A stretch of 55,861 nucleotides of DNA, filler included, from Platydemus manokwari (taxonomy: Eukaryota), in the NCBI GenBank assembly GCA_037951405.1. It is 5 parts of 5 records of this genome, joined end to end, with 100 filler letters (N's around TTAATTAATTAA, not from the genome) between each part and the next. Parts side by side here need not be neighbours in the genome. Positions count along the whole stretch, not along the records: positions 31,748 to 44,284 come from JBBMOY010092232.1; positions 44,385 to 55,861 come from JBBMOY010656652.1; 3 more parts are not named here. One strand, given 5' to 3'. Positions 38,771 to 52,803 of the stretch are shown piece by piece. The notes under the pieces were generated by a model. That model searched no databases. It saw only the letters and a program-made list of their open reading frames with translations, and was not told where the DNA came from. A program made the translations under genes and the position numbers. Each line of letters opens with the position of its first letter. The first letter of the stretch is position 1.

Positions 38771-41700
38771 ATGAATGACAGCGAAAATGAAAAAATAAAT
38801 GATACTGATTTATCTAATGATGATTTGACTGATACTGATAATAAGGAAGATGTTGAAAATACAGATATTGATAATGATCAAAACATAGGGGATGTTAATG
38901 AAGACCAAAATACAAATAAAGTAATATATTTAAATAAATATTATTATTTGTATATAATAATTTTGAAACATAATTTATTTAAAGGAGAAAGAGAACAGAT
39001 CCCCTGAAAGTGACGCAGATGAGAACATCAACAATAATGAAATAGAACAATTGAATAATGATAATGAATCTGCTTCACCAGATTTAATAGATGATCAAGA
39101 AAACCAAAGTGCAAAATTACCAAAATCTAGATTATCACGAAAACCTTCTAAATTATCCCAACAAACATTCAAGGATGTTGCTTATAATTTGGATATTGTT
39201 GAATCTATTCCCGAAGGCTGTGTTCCTATATTTCTTTCAACTTTAACTTTGGATGTATTCAAAATGAAAATCGACGAAACAATATCCGTTACTCAACCTT
39301 TGAAAATGATTCAGAAAGACGATATACTAGCTGATATCGTTGCAAGAGCAGCAGTATCAGACTTTAGTGTCATTAAAAATGAAATAAAAAATTACGATGG
39401 AAAAGAAATGCTTGTGGTATACGACGGGAATTTCAAATTCGGTGAGAACTTCATCATCGCTACAACGGAAGCCGCCAAAGAGGAACTTCTCCGGTTGATT
39501 TCTGTTTTAGATGACGAATTGGTAATGAGCCCCGACTTACAACAAACCATGCTTACCGGAACGTACCGACCACCTTCACCGAAGAAATGGGTGTGTTTAG
39601 GTTCCGATAAAGAGATAATCGAACACCAAGTCGTCAACAATCGACCACTGATATGCGCAATTCTCCAACGAGCCCGGAGGGCTTTTGGTGCACCGATTAA
39701 CTTTAGTGAAAAGCCCTCATCGAAAGATTATGTGGAAGTGAATAGTTATGAAGATAATACATATTCATTACGAGTTTTGGAATTGGATAAAAATGAAACC
39801 AATACTCCAACGATCGTCAACACTGGAACGAATACGACTTGGAAATATCCTCGCAATTCCTACACTCAATACGTACCCCGTCAGTTACCGGACGAAGATT
39901 GTGAAATGTTTTACCATTCGGAAAATATGCTTGCAGATGCCAATAAAGCTCTTCCGTACATCATTGAAGCCGTTCAACACAATGAAATAACCAATTATTT
40001 CATCGACGATTATTCATCCATGGCTCCAGGCGATACGGTATTCGACAATAAGACTGATAACGATTTGAAAGAATTCCAAACATTTGCCGATTTGAAGTAT
40101 GGCAAAGAAAAAGCAGTGACTTGCATTGAATGGCATCCGACAATCAAAGGCATCATTGCTACATCATTGGCAGAGAAAACATCATTTGATCAACGAGTGG
40201 ATAATTTATCGAAAGTTATTCTCACGAAATCGTATATCATTCTTTGGAGTTTTCTCGATCCGATTCAGCCACAAATTTTGCTGGAGGCTCCGTCGGATTT
40301 GTATTGTTTTAAATTTAATCCAACTGATCCCCATTATATCGCTGGTGGATGCTATAGTGGTCAGGTTGTGTTATGGGATATGGAGAGTCATATGGATGAC
40401 TTGAAGAACGTTAAAGGACGAATGAAATCGAGAAACGTTATGCCGTTGTTTTCCTTTGAAGAAGAAGAAGGACCAANNNNNNNNNNNNNNNNNNNNNNNN
40501 NNNNNNNNNNNNNNNNNNNNNNNNNNNNNNNNNNNNNNNNNNNNNNNNNNNNNNNNNNNNNNNNNNNNNNNNNNNNNNNNNNNNNNNNNNNNNNNNNNNN
40601 NNNNNNNNNNNNNNNNNNNNNNNNNNNNNNNNNNNNNNNNNNNNNNNNNNNNNNNNNNNNNNNNNNNNNNNNNNNNNNNNNNNNNNNNNNNNNNNNNNNN
40701 NNNNNNNNNNNNNNNNNNNNNNNCCAAAAAAAGAATAATAATCGTAATAACGGAAAGAGATTACTAATAAGTAATATATGTGGACAATAATTGCTAACAG
40801 ACAGCAACTATTGACGATAATATTATATACATCTGATACCATTGGAACGTTATTGAAACGTCTGTTCAATAGATAGCTGGCTTTGTGGACCTTACTTCTT
40901 GTCATTAGATGATTCGAACCACATCACACATATGATTATAGATGTTAAATATTATTTATTCTGAATTTACTTCAATGTTATTAAACAAAATATGTTTAAT
41001 GAGAATGTATATTAAATTTAATATGGATTCCATTTGTCAGATTCCTTGTCTGAGACATGCTGCTATCAGTAATTGTGAAAGTTCTCATTCGTCCCCAATT
41101 ACAGATATTAAATGGCTTCCTGATCATTATGAAATCAACAATCTTGGTTATTCATTGGAGAATCTTTCAATGAAATCTGTCCAAATAGCATCAGCTGCTG
41201 GAGATAATAAAATTTTATTCTGGGATATTAGACCCAATAAAGCTGTCACTGGTGCAGCAGATAAAACATCACTGCAAATAGCAAATGCAGTTGGGGTTCC
41301 TGAAACATTTAAATTTCTTGATATGAAGTGGAAACCTACATTGAGAGTTCATTTGTATAAAATCGGTCCTGGAGGAGATCATGCACCAACGAAGTTTAGT
41401 TTAAAAGTAACATTTTATTATTGAATTATAATATAATCATAATTAAATATAAAAATTTTTGGTTATTAACAGTAAAATCACTATGCGACTCAATTGGATA
41501 GCTTTTAATGCTTATTCTACAATCATTTTCAAATACATGCACGAATTTCTCGATGAATGTGATCACTTTTTTTCTTTTGAATAAAATAAAATTCTTTAAT
41601 TAACTATGGGGCTCAACTCAACAAAGATTTTAAGCAAAGGAAAATTTCTCAATTTTATGCTTCCCATTGTAATGGTGACATTTGCTAATTATTCATACAT

Positions 41701-44147
41701 TGCACAATGATTAATGGTATACCTCGGTTAATATCACTTCATTCGTTCGTGGAAAAATACCGATTTTAATAGATGTTGCTAAAATATCAATTAAAATTAA
41801 TTTAAAACTGAGTACAGGCATGTGCATCTTATATTCACCGATAACTTTGTGCGATTTTATTATTAATCATAATTAGATGAACTGGAGTTGTAAATTCATT
41901 TTAAACATGTTTTGTAAATTTTAATTAAGATGTTGCGTACATTGTATTGGTAATATTTTTATCTAATCGACCCGAAATGCAAAATTGAACCACATTTGTT
42001 AAAATAACATTCGAAATTTCAATCTTTTAATGATATTAAACAAGATGATATAACATGAAATGAATTACTAATAGTCTAAAGGAAATGACGAATGGGTTTG
42101 AATAAGAATGATATTACCTGGATTGAAGTGTGTGCATAGATGTCGAAATATTGACACGATAGTTCTCTGTAGAAAAATATGTTTTCATACAAATATAATT
42201 TAATAAGCAGTCAAAATAGTTATGACAACAATTGAAATGGGTGAAAGATATTCAAATTTAAATGTTTCACCACTGAAACTAAACATTATTCATACATTGT
42301 CAAATTTTATTTTGATAAATATTTATTTTAGTTTTTCTCCAGTCAGACTAAAACAATTAATGAATAAGAAAATATTTTCATTTCCTATCATTTAAAATAT
42401 TTATCGACGGATAACAATGAATTTCAAATGAAACATTTCAATGATTTGGTTTCATGTTTGCTTAATACATTATTGTTTTCTATTCTTTATGAATGATAAT
42501 GAAATGTTTAGAATTTCTTTTCTGTAATTAGCAGTTTTGTGTAGCTATTGGTGAATAAATTTACTTCAAATATATATGATATTTGTATGATAAGAATAAT
42601 ATAACTGAACATTTAGGATCTTCTACTATTTTTAGTTTATTGGTGGATCAGTTATGTGAAATCTTATACATTATTCGCCGTGAAAAGGCTATGCAATAAC
42701 ATATATCAGACAACGTATAACTTCAATTAAGATTTGTTTAAACATTTCGCTATTTGATAATCTAAAATACATATTGTTACTCATATAAAATTAATTTTTA
42801 CTAATTTATTTTCAAAATAAAAATTTCCTCATATTTAATTTTAACACAAAAAATAATTCTGATTCATCCAATCATACTTTCGTGATTTTCAGGAAGTTCA
42901 AGGAGATCGACGCGTTTTGGAATGTCTTGAAGATAAAGAAAACAAATCTGATGACATTAGCGTGGTGAAAACTGGAGCTCAAAAAGCTCGAACATTGCAA
43001 GCTGTAAATACCCACATTTATGTTGGAACTGAAGACGGAGAATTAGTTTACGTGGATTGGATGCCACAAAAAGATTCAGATACGGGAAAATTGCAAACAC
43101 CTAAACCGGATCATTTTTGGAATATTTACGATGGACCTGTAACTGCTGTTACTCGATGTCCATTTGATAGAAGCGTTATACTCGTGGTAGGTGGATGGGT
43201 TTGGAGTTTATGGAAAGAAGGTGTTAATTCGGGTCCGATTTTGCAAAGCTGTACTAGTGCAAAGCCTTTAACCGGTATGATATTTTATTCGTAATTCATT
43301 TATATAATAATTAGAATAATTATTATAATAATATTAATTGTAACCAATATTGTGAAATTAAACTAAACATTGCGATATGAAACTAAATAGCAAAATAATA
43401 GTGAGCGTCTTTGAAGTGCTCAAACTATCGAATGAGAAAATGAGCTAATTTTGAATTATCTATAAAGTCCTTCTATAGCAAACCAATTTACAGATTAACA
43501 ATTGTTCAATCACCAGATCATTTCAATACTTATAATTATCATAAACTAATAAAAACTATTTCAATTTAGGTGGTGTATGGTCACCGACTCGGTCATCGGT
43601 TTTCTTCATTATCCGAGCAGACGGTTGTGTTGAAATATGGGATATTATCGATAAAACTCACGAACCAACATTGGTTCAAAATATATCATCCACTGCCGCT
43701 TTGACTTCAATCAGTATTTATAATTTTGTTAAAAAACAACTAGTGGCTTTAGGAGATATCAATGGTAGCTTACTTGTTTATGAGGTATGATTTTTCAATT
43801 TTTTCTGAATTTTTTTTTACAGAATACAAATTTAAATTTTAAAACATTGAAACAAATTGCAATTAATTATTTTTTGGAATAAATTTACTGTAGTTATATT
43901 TAATAGAATAAATGCCTATGTATATACCTATATGCAGGTTCCGTTAAGATTTAAGCAGCATTCGCAAAGTGAGTACAATGACACCATGAAATATATTGAA
44001 AAAGAAGTTAGGCGTCGTGATTTTGTCAGAAGACGATGGAATCTCAGAGAACAAGAAAAAATCGAAAAAGAAATCGAAGCCAAAAAGAAAGCTGGCATTG
44101 CACCACAAGTTGTATTGACGGATGAAGAGATTAAAATGAGAATGAAA
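38771..44147 (+). CDS. WDR63: Axonemal inner-arm dynein intermediate chain WDR63/DNAI3 (IC140 homolog); exons 38771-38920, 38985->=40476 (gap), 41041-41406, 42893-43274, 43570-43784, 43938-44147; 3' end missing
   Basis: WDR63-type motifs 'PKKWVCLGSDKEI', 'TTWKYPRNSYTQYVPR', 'LKEFQTFADLK', 'IILWSFLDPIQPQILLEAP', 'IYVGTEDGELVYVDW', 'WSPTRSSVFFI.RADG.VEIWDI.DKTHEP'. All visible junctions are GT-AG and in frame. Confidence 0.92.
41716..42130. mobile_element. Possible Tigger/pogo MITE remnant in a WDR63 intron
   Basis: Left end 'ggtatacctcggttaatatcacttcattcgttc' resembles Tigger TIR and subterminal sequence. A degenerate inverted partner lies near 42085-42130. Confidence 0.3.
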
Positions 44148-46399
44148 GTGAGAATGTTTTCATAATTTACGATAACTAACAATCAGTTCTAATCACATTG
44201 CAATTTGAAAACTTGGACTTTTAAATGTTTTTCAATATATTTGTAAGGGTCATGAAAAAAATTCTAAAATAAATTCTGTTATTCNNNNNNNNNNNNNNNN
44301 NNNNNNNNNNNNNNNNNNNNNNNNNNNNTTAATTAATTAANNNNNNNNNNNNNNNNNNNNNNNNNNNNNNNNNNNNNNNNNNNNATAGGGATTATAAATT
44401 GGGGTTTAAATTATGTATTATATTATATTATATATAATTATATATTACTATATAATATTCCCGTCAATTACAAAATTCCCCTGAATTTTCATAAAAAAAA
44501 ATGTTTTTCATGCAAAAATAAAAATTGTTCATGCAATTAATGTTAAAAATTGTCAATAACCTTTAACAATGGCGCAAATAACAGAAGAATTAAATGGAGA
44601 TGTACTTGAGCAATCATTTTATTATAACATTCTAATATTATTCTGATAATGAATTGTATAATTAATATTACTACATTATTTATATAAATAATTATTATTT
44701 TATTATTTTTATGAATGATATTGTGAGATATTTTATATGAATTAAATTTTTATTCAAATTAAATTCTAATTTCATAAAAAATCATATTTACATAAAATTA
44801 AATCTATTTGTTTAAATATTCGTATTTAAATAGGTTGTTGGTGGCTTGGCTTTTTAGTTTGTTTTGAATGTGTGGTTTTTTAAAATAGTAGTGGCTATCG
44901 ATATGAAATTATTTTATTATTCATGTAAAAACTATTATTTTATGTGTTATTTTTATTAATGTTGATTTATTTCAGTTGTAAAAATGATAATGATTTTTAC
45001 AATAATTTCCAAGAAATATTAGTTAAAAAATCAGATTTAATTATTATATTTAAAATAAATAAAATAAAAATTAAAAAAAAATTAAGATTTCATGTTTGAG
45101 ATTTTTAAATGTTAAAATTCTGTAAATCAAATAAATCAGACCACATTATTCATCAAAACACCAGAATCCTATTTAATAGCAATCATTATTTAGAAATCCA
45201 GTGTGATTAGAACCGGTTAAATATAAATAGTTATGCAAGCAGAGTAGCTTGTTTATCTGCAAGTAATTGTTGGTAATATTGTATGGTGATAAGTGGAAAG
45301 GATTGACGTAAAGAAGGAATTAATATTAGATATTACATAATCGAATGCTGAATAAAATAAACAGGGAAATATCGGTGAAATTGGTTCAAGTGTTACAATA
45401 AATAATGATAATGGTGTGAATTCATAGGTACATTTTTATTAGCCAGACTACTGATGTACTGCAAAAGTTTGTGTTCGAAATTCATATATAAGGATGAGTG
45501 ATGTCATATATAGCCATTTAGAGAGAGATGAAAGAAAGCAAATAGGTAATTATATTATTATCTTTGTGGTGAGATATAAGTGTTTGTTAGGAACGTTGAA
45601 GGTAATTTAAATTATGGAAGAATAGTCATGGTAAACGTACCTGATACGGTATACCAAGGCACTGCTAGGAGATAAATATGAGTTCGTAAATCTATTTTAG
45701 ATGGTTAGGAGTTTGACCTTAGTGGGAATTTAAATTTAGAGAGAAGTCAATAAGCATTAATATTTAGAGTTTAGGTCAAGTTCGTTAAGAGCTATTTAAA
45801 CCTTTTCATAAAATACAAATCAAAGTTTTGAATTTATATAATGATATATCCCACCAAGAATATGAGACTTCTTACATCATTCGACGGCATATTGATTGCC
45901 AAAACAAAGAATCATTCAGCTGACATTGAAAAGAATAATTTGCAAATATTTTTTGCTTCACAAAGTTTTCCGGCCAATTTTAACCAGCAAATAAAATTTG
46001 TTTTTAATGCTTGGAAATAACCGGAAGGAATTTCAGTTTACACCAATTGGAAAAATAGAATTTTGATAATCGATTCCATTCAATTCCAGTAGGTTAATAA
46101 TTCCAATAGAATAATAGTATTCCGACTGATCTCTTTATTAATGGTTGGAATTTTCCCTTGTCTGTGTTTACATTTTCGACTGACGAAATAAATATATTGA
46201 TATTGACACTCTACAGGTTAATAAATGTTAGCTTTTGTTTCTTTTAATTTATCATTTTATCAGTTAAAACTGCCATAATAAATTTTCTACATCTAATAGC
46301 AACGCGAATTATTCAATTTCCTTCACTAATATTTATTTATAACTTTATAATAATTTTATGAGGTAAGTAGTTAATTAGAATTCTAAACCATTCAGATGT

Positions 46400-47120
46400 T
46401 GTTATTCATTGGAAATTGCTGACTTCAATAACATCGCTTTAAGTACAGTGAGCAACATTAAGAACATGTTTGGTGCTAATCCCAATGTCAACTAAAGATA
46501 CTTAATAATCTTTCAAGTCCAGATGCACTGGAACAGAGTTCATGAGATTCACATTTATTTTCCAGAAAAGTCAATGCTCTGCTTAGCAAAAGATTTAAAT
46601 GTATTGGTTTTGATAGTGATGAAGTTACTAGCCACGGACCTGTAACGCAGCACATAATGAAAATGACTTGATAAAGCCTGAAATACCCTTAGGGAACTGA
46701 CAAACCATAAGAAAGATAATCATTCGATTTATATCATTGGGTTCTGAGAATTTCAGTGAAATCCAAAAGAATTAAATTTTATACAAAGCTAAATCTATAA
46801 AAATTTATTCCAATTTTAAATGCTCGCAGTAATGAAAATTGTATCTCTTATAACTTTCAATAGATTTTCATTGTGTATATTGATGTTAACTTGGTTTTTA
46901 TGAAAGAAGCTGTTGTTCCATAGATGTTTAGTTACAATCTAATACGCCTTTGTGCTCCACAATATGACTCAAACCCCAGAATGACTCTGTGCCAATGATT
47001 ACAAATCACAGTCAAAGGAAAAAGAATCCCTACATAATCAGATCCAGAAACTTTACGTTTTGTGGGTGCAGCATTTGTGAGAGCCAAGTTATCCAATATA
47101 TTGGCTGAATATCAAGATAA
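46400..47120 (+). mobile_element. Degraded DNA-transposase-like remnant
   Basis: GC-richer, coding-like stretch with 'LVLIPMSTKDT', 'AAHNEND', 'DFHCVY..LGF' and 'PETLRFVGAA' fragments reminiscent of CxxH-type transposases. Not diagnostic. Confidence 0.2.
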
Positions 47121-47239
47121 ATTGGAAAACATTATGAGAGAATAGAAAAGTTAATCAAAGCATTTAAAACAAAATGAAGTTATGAGATATTTTAAAAACC
47201 TTGATATATTTTTCTATTTAGCTATTGTATTAGATGTGT

Positions 47240-49420
47240 TGTTCCACTGGACTATTTTATTTATTTATTATAGTTCTTTTAGAATCTCTAATTAAAAATG
47301 GATTTCTGGAAAATTCAGAATTATTATATGTAGTGCTTGATCGTGATATTTTGCTATCAAATCATTCATTATTAGTTTATTATTATCAATCATTTTATTC
47401 ATCTTCTATTTCTTCGGTAAGACTCATTCCTGATTCGCAAAATCGAAATTTGAACCAACAAATTCTGGAGATTATAATAAATATAAATGCCACTGTTCTA
47501 TAATATTTTATCCATTCCATATTAAATATCTCTCATCAATTATTTCCATCGAATACGGGATGCTCATGGCAATCTTCTATTTAAAAATGTTAATTAAAAT
47601 TTGATGACATCATTCCGAGTTTTCTAAATCGACATCGGCGTCGTGAGCAATTAATTGGATGTTGTAAAAAGATTTCCTTTGGTTAAATGAGTAAGTACGA
47701 GATAATTTATCAGTTTCAATTGGGGCAGGCGGACATGTGATTGATGGATCCAGTCATTGTAATTTATTTGTTTCCAGGTTCTTATTTTGTACGTAATGAT
47801 CGAAGAAGACATACGTTACCAATAGAACGATTGGGTTTGGATTGGTTTCTGAAGCTTTTTCATGTCTCATATAGCAGGGGTGGCCAACCGCGGTCGATCT
47901 TGAAGTCAATTTTAGTCTATCGTTTGAGATGTTATTCAAATGAAAAGTCGATTTTACGTACACAAAAGTTGGCCACCTCTGTCATATAGCACCATAAGAT
48001 TCCAAATAATAGATCCACTGTTCCAAGGAAATAATATTAACAAAGTCACCATGTATTTTATTAATAAATACATTTTAATATAATTCGATGTCGGGGCTTT
48101 TTAGTTCATGTTTAATAGGTGGTTTTCAAAATAATAGCGGCTTACAAGCTGACCGATATAATTTTTAAAACAATAACCAGACGAAAGAAAATGAATCACA
48201 AAACATCAAAATAATAAATCAAGTGACACATTTTATCCTATTCATTAAAACAAATATATCCGATGGAAATGATGGATAAAATTATTGATCCTATAAAATT
48301 CCCGATCCTTTGATATTCTGATATTCTGAGCTAATTTATGTCAAATCGAAATAAATGATTCTCTACATGTGATATCTCCACATCAAACAATATGTGTGAA
48401 ATCTTTAGAAACTACAATAAGCAATATACACTTCATTTTCATAATATTACAAATATTCTAAGAACTATCTTTGAGCTTGAGATCATCAAATTGAAATAGG
48501 GGTGGTTATTTATGAGTAGTCCAATAATCGTATAGTAAAACACTGATCGAATTTAAATATTAATGAAAACATCGGACTCCCTATTCCGATATATATATAT
48601 TCTCACATCATTAAATATCAATGAGTTGACTGACTGTCAATTTTTGTTTGATAAAAACTGGTTGATATAATCCGCTTGAAAAATTAGGCCATTGATAGAT
48701 TCTTGACATCTTCTATTGATTGCTTTAATATTTCGGGTCTAGATTAATGACTTCATCTATCAAGTCAAAAATACGTCAACAATAAATATTTCATTCATCT
48801 CATTCTGTATTCATAACCGTTCGGTTATAGCGTAGATTTCTCGGATAACAAGCTGACGTTATGGATTTTCATTAAAAAAAAATATTCCACTTTCCTGGTG
48901 TGTCAATAAAGCGTGTTGTTTACGAAAAATATAATATTTTGACGGCTCAAACTACAGATAAAATCAATTACAATATTTTATCAACTTCAATCGGAGTTTT
49001 AATTTTGTTAGGAATGTGTAGGAAATAATAATTTGAATTATCAATGATAAGAATGATTATAAACAAATCGTGAAGAAAAAGCCAACAATAATAAAGTAAA
49101 TTTCTATTGCGAAACAAAACCGTTAAATCAATCTCTGAACTTGTGATGGATGAATGAGATTTCGAATAAATTGACAACAATATCCGCTATGTAATGAATG
49201 ATGGGGAACCTCCATTTCTCGACTCGACATGCAAATAGCTGGATATGTTAGATTGAACGAGATATTTCAGATTTTATGCTTATCTCTCGATAATAAATTT
49301 TTAATTTAGTTGCTTGGTAACAAGATCGAACTGATGATAATTGAATTTTATGGATTTATGGCTCCAATGGTTTTATGTTCTTCTTAATCAGTTAGTCTAG
49401 ACCCCCTCAAATCCCCTCAA
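47240..49420 (-). pseudogene. Decayed cadherin/protocadherin ectodomain sequence
   Basis: Successive cadherin motifs despite stops: 'YREI' (DRE-like, ~49283), 'NGGSPSF' (~49198-49216), 'RFIDTPGKWNIFFNENP' (~48865-48913), 'GSPMFS...RLLD..NNHPYF' (~48495-48582), 'IQLIAHDADVDLENS' (~47618-47662), 'FDGNN' (~47540). Confidence 0.5.
47875..47981. mobile_element. hAT-family MITE, 107 bp
   Basis: TIRs CAGGGGTGGCCAAC / GTTGGCCACCTCTG (1 mismatch in 14), flanked by a perfect 8-bp TSD TCATATAG (47867-47874 and 47982-47989). Confidence 0.95.
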
Positions 49421-50393
49421 ATGTTATTATGAATATTATTTCCAAATTGTTTCACCACCAAATGAGTATCTCAATTATCAAAATTAACGAATAAAGTAAA
49501 ACAAACGAAACTGGTTTAACTACACATGTCTTTCTTCATTCAAGAATATTTTACAGCCTCCTCGTGAATTGCGATAACCACATTTCTACTAATTAAAATG
49601 GAGACGGCAAATAGTAATTTCGCGTGAGAACCGAGACAATACGGAATCATATTATTACGTTCTAGCATGCACTACAGAATTACAGAACGAATCCAAGAAT
49701 GCGAAAAGACAGTGCACGACAAATCTTTACCTCGGATATAGCGAGAGTTGAAGAAGTCTATTAATTCAACAGAGACGATAAATGCAGTAGAGCATTTCCC
49801 AAAATTTCTAGAGATTCTAATTAATATCTCTTTATCCATGCTATCTTGATAACATAATATAACTAACTGCGATTATATCTATAAAATGAAGTTATATATT
49901 ATTGATAAATTCTAGAGATTGATATTCGGCCGGTCAGAAGAGAAAAATCCGTTTATGTGACGGTTTACATATTGAAACATAATAAAAATCTTTCAACACA
50001 CCCAATAGGTTCATGGTATAACCGATGTGCTAGTAGTATTCCCATTAGTACCAACGACAATGAGATCATTGTTATACCGAATAGAATATCACGTAGCCAA
50101 CAGTTAAAAGATTTACAATTTATTTACAACATTAAATATTTTAATCAACCGTACTTTTTTCTTCATTGCTAAGGAGACGATACTAATTTTAGATACGATT
50201 ATTCAGACACACACACACACATATATATAGCTTTAAAATGACATTATATTATAGCAGATTAAAAATAATTATTTAAATGATAATAATTAAAATAAAGATG
50301 ATAATTATTATCAAACATTATTATAATGAAAGATTTATAAGAGAATATTTATTTGTTAGTTGGCACTATCCAATAAAATATGAATTTGTTCGA

Positions 50394-51750
50394 TTTTGGG
50401 GTTGCTTGTTTGTGATATTTTATTTCTGTTTGTATTTTGGATTTTGGTTGTGCAATATCAGATTCTTATCAGTCTCTCGGAGTTCTAAAAACCCCCAGGT
50501 GTCAACTAAACCTATTGTTTTCTAATGATCTTTCTTCACCTTTATCGTATCAATCCTCGTATGAAAACGGGATGAACGGCTCAATGATATTGCTTTTGAT
50601 TTTATCAGTCTCTTATTTTTATTATTAAACGCCTCTTTACACCCTTCTAAAAAGCTGATGAGTTGACAATGAAGTGATTCTATTGAATTAATGAAATGAA
50701 CCTGCGACACTTGTCAAATCTAAAAGTCAACTCAGTTACGTTCGCTAAAACTTTTATTGCTACTAAATTACAAAAAAAATGTCTGCTTTCATACCACTAA
50801 TGACTACTTTTATACGATTATTATAAATTACTACAGCTATGTTTAAATATAACAATACTTTTATACACTAAAACGGCAAGATTTTAAGCACAATTCTGGA
50901 CAAAGGCTCCGGTTAACAATGCTTCCAAGAGGAGTAGAAACGTTTACATAAGGACTTTGGGTTTAACCCTATAAATAGGAAGAATATACGACGTTGATGT
51001 TGTAAATTGTCGATTATTTTACAGGAATTATCTTACTCGATCCTTGGACTTCTTCTCGAACAAATTGAATATTAATTATCATAATTGATCCTCCAGATAA
51101 ATCTGGGCATATACTGGCATCAGGGAAATTGACTTCGGCTTGATCGACTTCGGCAATGAATACTTCGAATTTCGATAACGGGCACACTACGCTAGCGGTT
51201 TCTGTCTATTTTCGGGCAAAGGCCTATTGATTTTATGGGCCTATTCATACGGGAATTTATTGATCTCGGATTTCGATTAAAATGCGGCTCTTTTCATTTT
51301 AATCCAAACGAATTTCTTTTAAATGCGGGTTGTCATCGCATTATACGTGCGGATATTGATGTTCTTTATTATTTAAAAAAGGGAATTTATTTTATTCAGG
51401 GCTTATTTCTTGTTGGCAGCCGAATCCATTTATTTAAAAATAAGGGTAATTTATTTTAATGCGGGTGATTTTAATATCAGGGTATTTTTAATAAGGGCTA
51501 TATTTTAGTTGTTGGGTAAAATATTTTTTGGGTTATTATTAGTTTTAGGGTTAATTATAAACGGTTCTAATTTATGATTTTATTTTTATTTACAAAATCA
51601 TTTATTTCATTTCATTTTTAAGAATTATATTTTGTTAACCTTTTGCCCAGAGCGAAAAAAAAGATAAAAATATAATTGGTAATTAAATTGGCTACTGTTA
51701 TACACTTAAAAATTTCATGCACACAAATTGGGTATTCCAAAACCCCAACA
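50394..51750 (-). mobile_element. Solo-LTR-like element (same family as 35977-36632)
   Basis: Ends TTTTGGGG ... CCCCAACA, a GC-richer core with short repeated motifs, and a terminus similar to 35977. No TSD verified; left boundary uncertain. Confidence 0.45.
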
Positions 51751-52803
51751 CATTGATCGTAAGTTAAGTAGTTCAACCCACAAAATACATTTAATTAAAA
51801 TATTCAAACCATTTATTTAAGGAAATTGTTCATAGAAAAGTATACAATTCGATGATATTATTAATGATACGTGTAATGGAAATATCATTTAAACAAAATA
51901 TTAGCACAAACTTTCTAAAATTTAAAAATTCTTCAAATAATTATTTAATGAATTATCAAGATAAACAACAAAAAATCAATAAAGTCACCAGATTCATTTA
52001 CGAAAATATAAATCAATCGAGACAATCCAGCCAGGGCGAAGGAGAATCGAGAGATTAGTTGTCTAAATAAAGTATAAATTGATGGTGAAAGTTAAAAATT
52101 GATACACTGAGTCTGATTGTATTCATTGGATTAAAAGTGAAATTAATTTTGAAGAGTAAACCCATCTTATCGAGAAAACAATATGTCTCAAATTTTTGTT
52201 TTAATTATCTAAACAGATATTTCAATCAATAAATGGATTTGAACAGGTCCACAAGTCACGTGTGACACAAATGAGTCTGAAAACAATTCGTTCTGGTCAA
52301 TTTGGGTGGGTTAAAATATCTATAAAATAATTATAAAGAATAAATATCCATCATCAATCATTCTCATTTACGAAATAATCCGTTAGTGAACAAAGAAATT
52401 CCCAGAAATATCGAAGCGTTTTCCAACCGATTTTAACAATAATAATATAATTTGTTTTTGAAAATTATGTGTAAAATATTTTGTAAAAAAAAATGAAACA
52501 AAAAATTTATAAGTTGAAGGATTTGGAAGTACAAAGGGAATCGCATTTGTGGTATTCAGAAAACCTATTTTTAAGAGTTACTAGAGTTTGATAATGGAAT
52601 CATTCTTGAACATATCACAAGATACTTCACCCATTGATTGGTTTCGCTGTCTTTGTTACTGATCGATATCGGATAAGAACTCGAGCACACTATTTTCTAA
52701 TTCGTTTATTAGTGGATAAAAATGATCTCAAATTATCTCAATTATCATCTAGCTCATAAATCATCTAGAGATCAGTCATCATTTAGATTACGAATCATTT
52801 ATT

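Noticed and set aside
39392-40404. Antisense and alternative-frame ORFs over WDR63 (also 16575-16811, 43928-44182)
   Set aside because: Shadow ORFs of GC-richer real exons with no independent features.
40371-40905. Long ORFs spanning X runs (also 54428-54740)
   Set aside because: Artefacts of N gaps.
16468-44147. TR, PNLDC1 and WDR63 as a functional gene cluster
   Set aside because: TR is separated from the other two by artificial spacers. PNLDC1 and WDR63 are adjacent, but nothing in the sequence indicates co-regulation.
46940-47090. Ulp1-protease-like 'ILFPLTVICNHWHRVIL' on the minus strand
   Set aside because: No catalytic Asp or Q-x-N-x-x-D-C-G motif follows; likely antisense to a degraded element.
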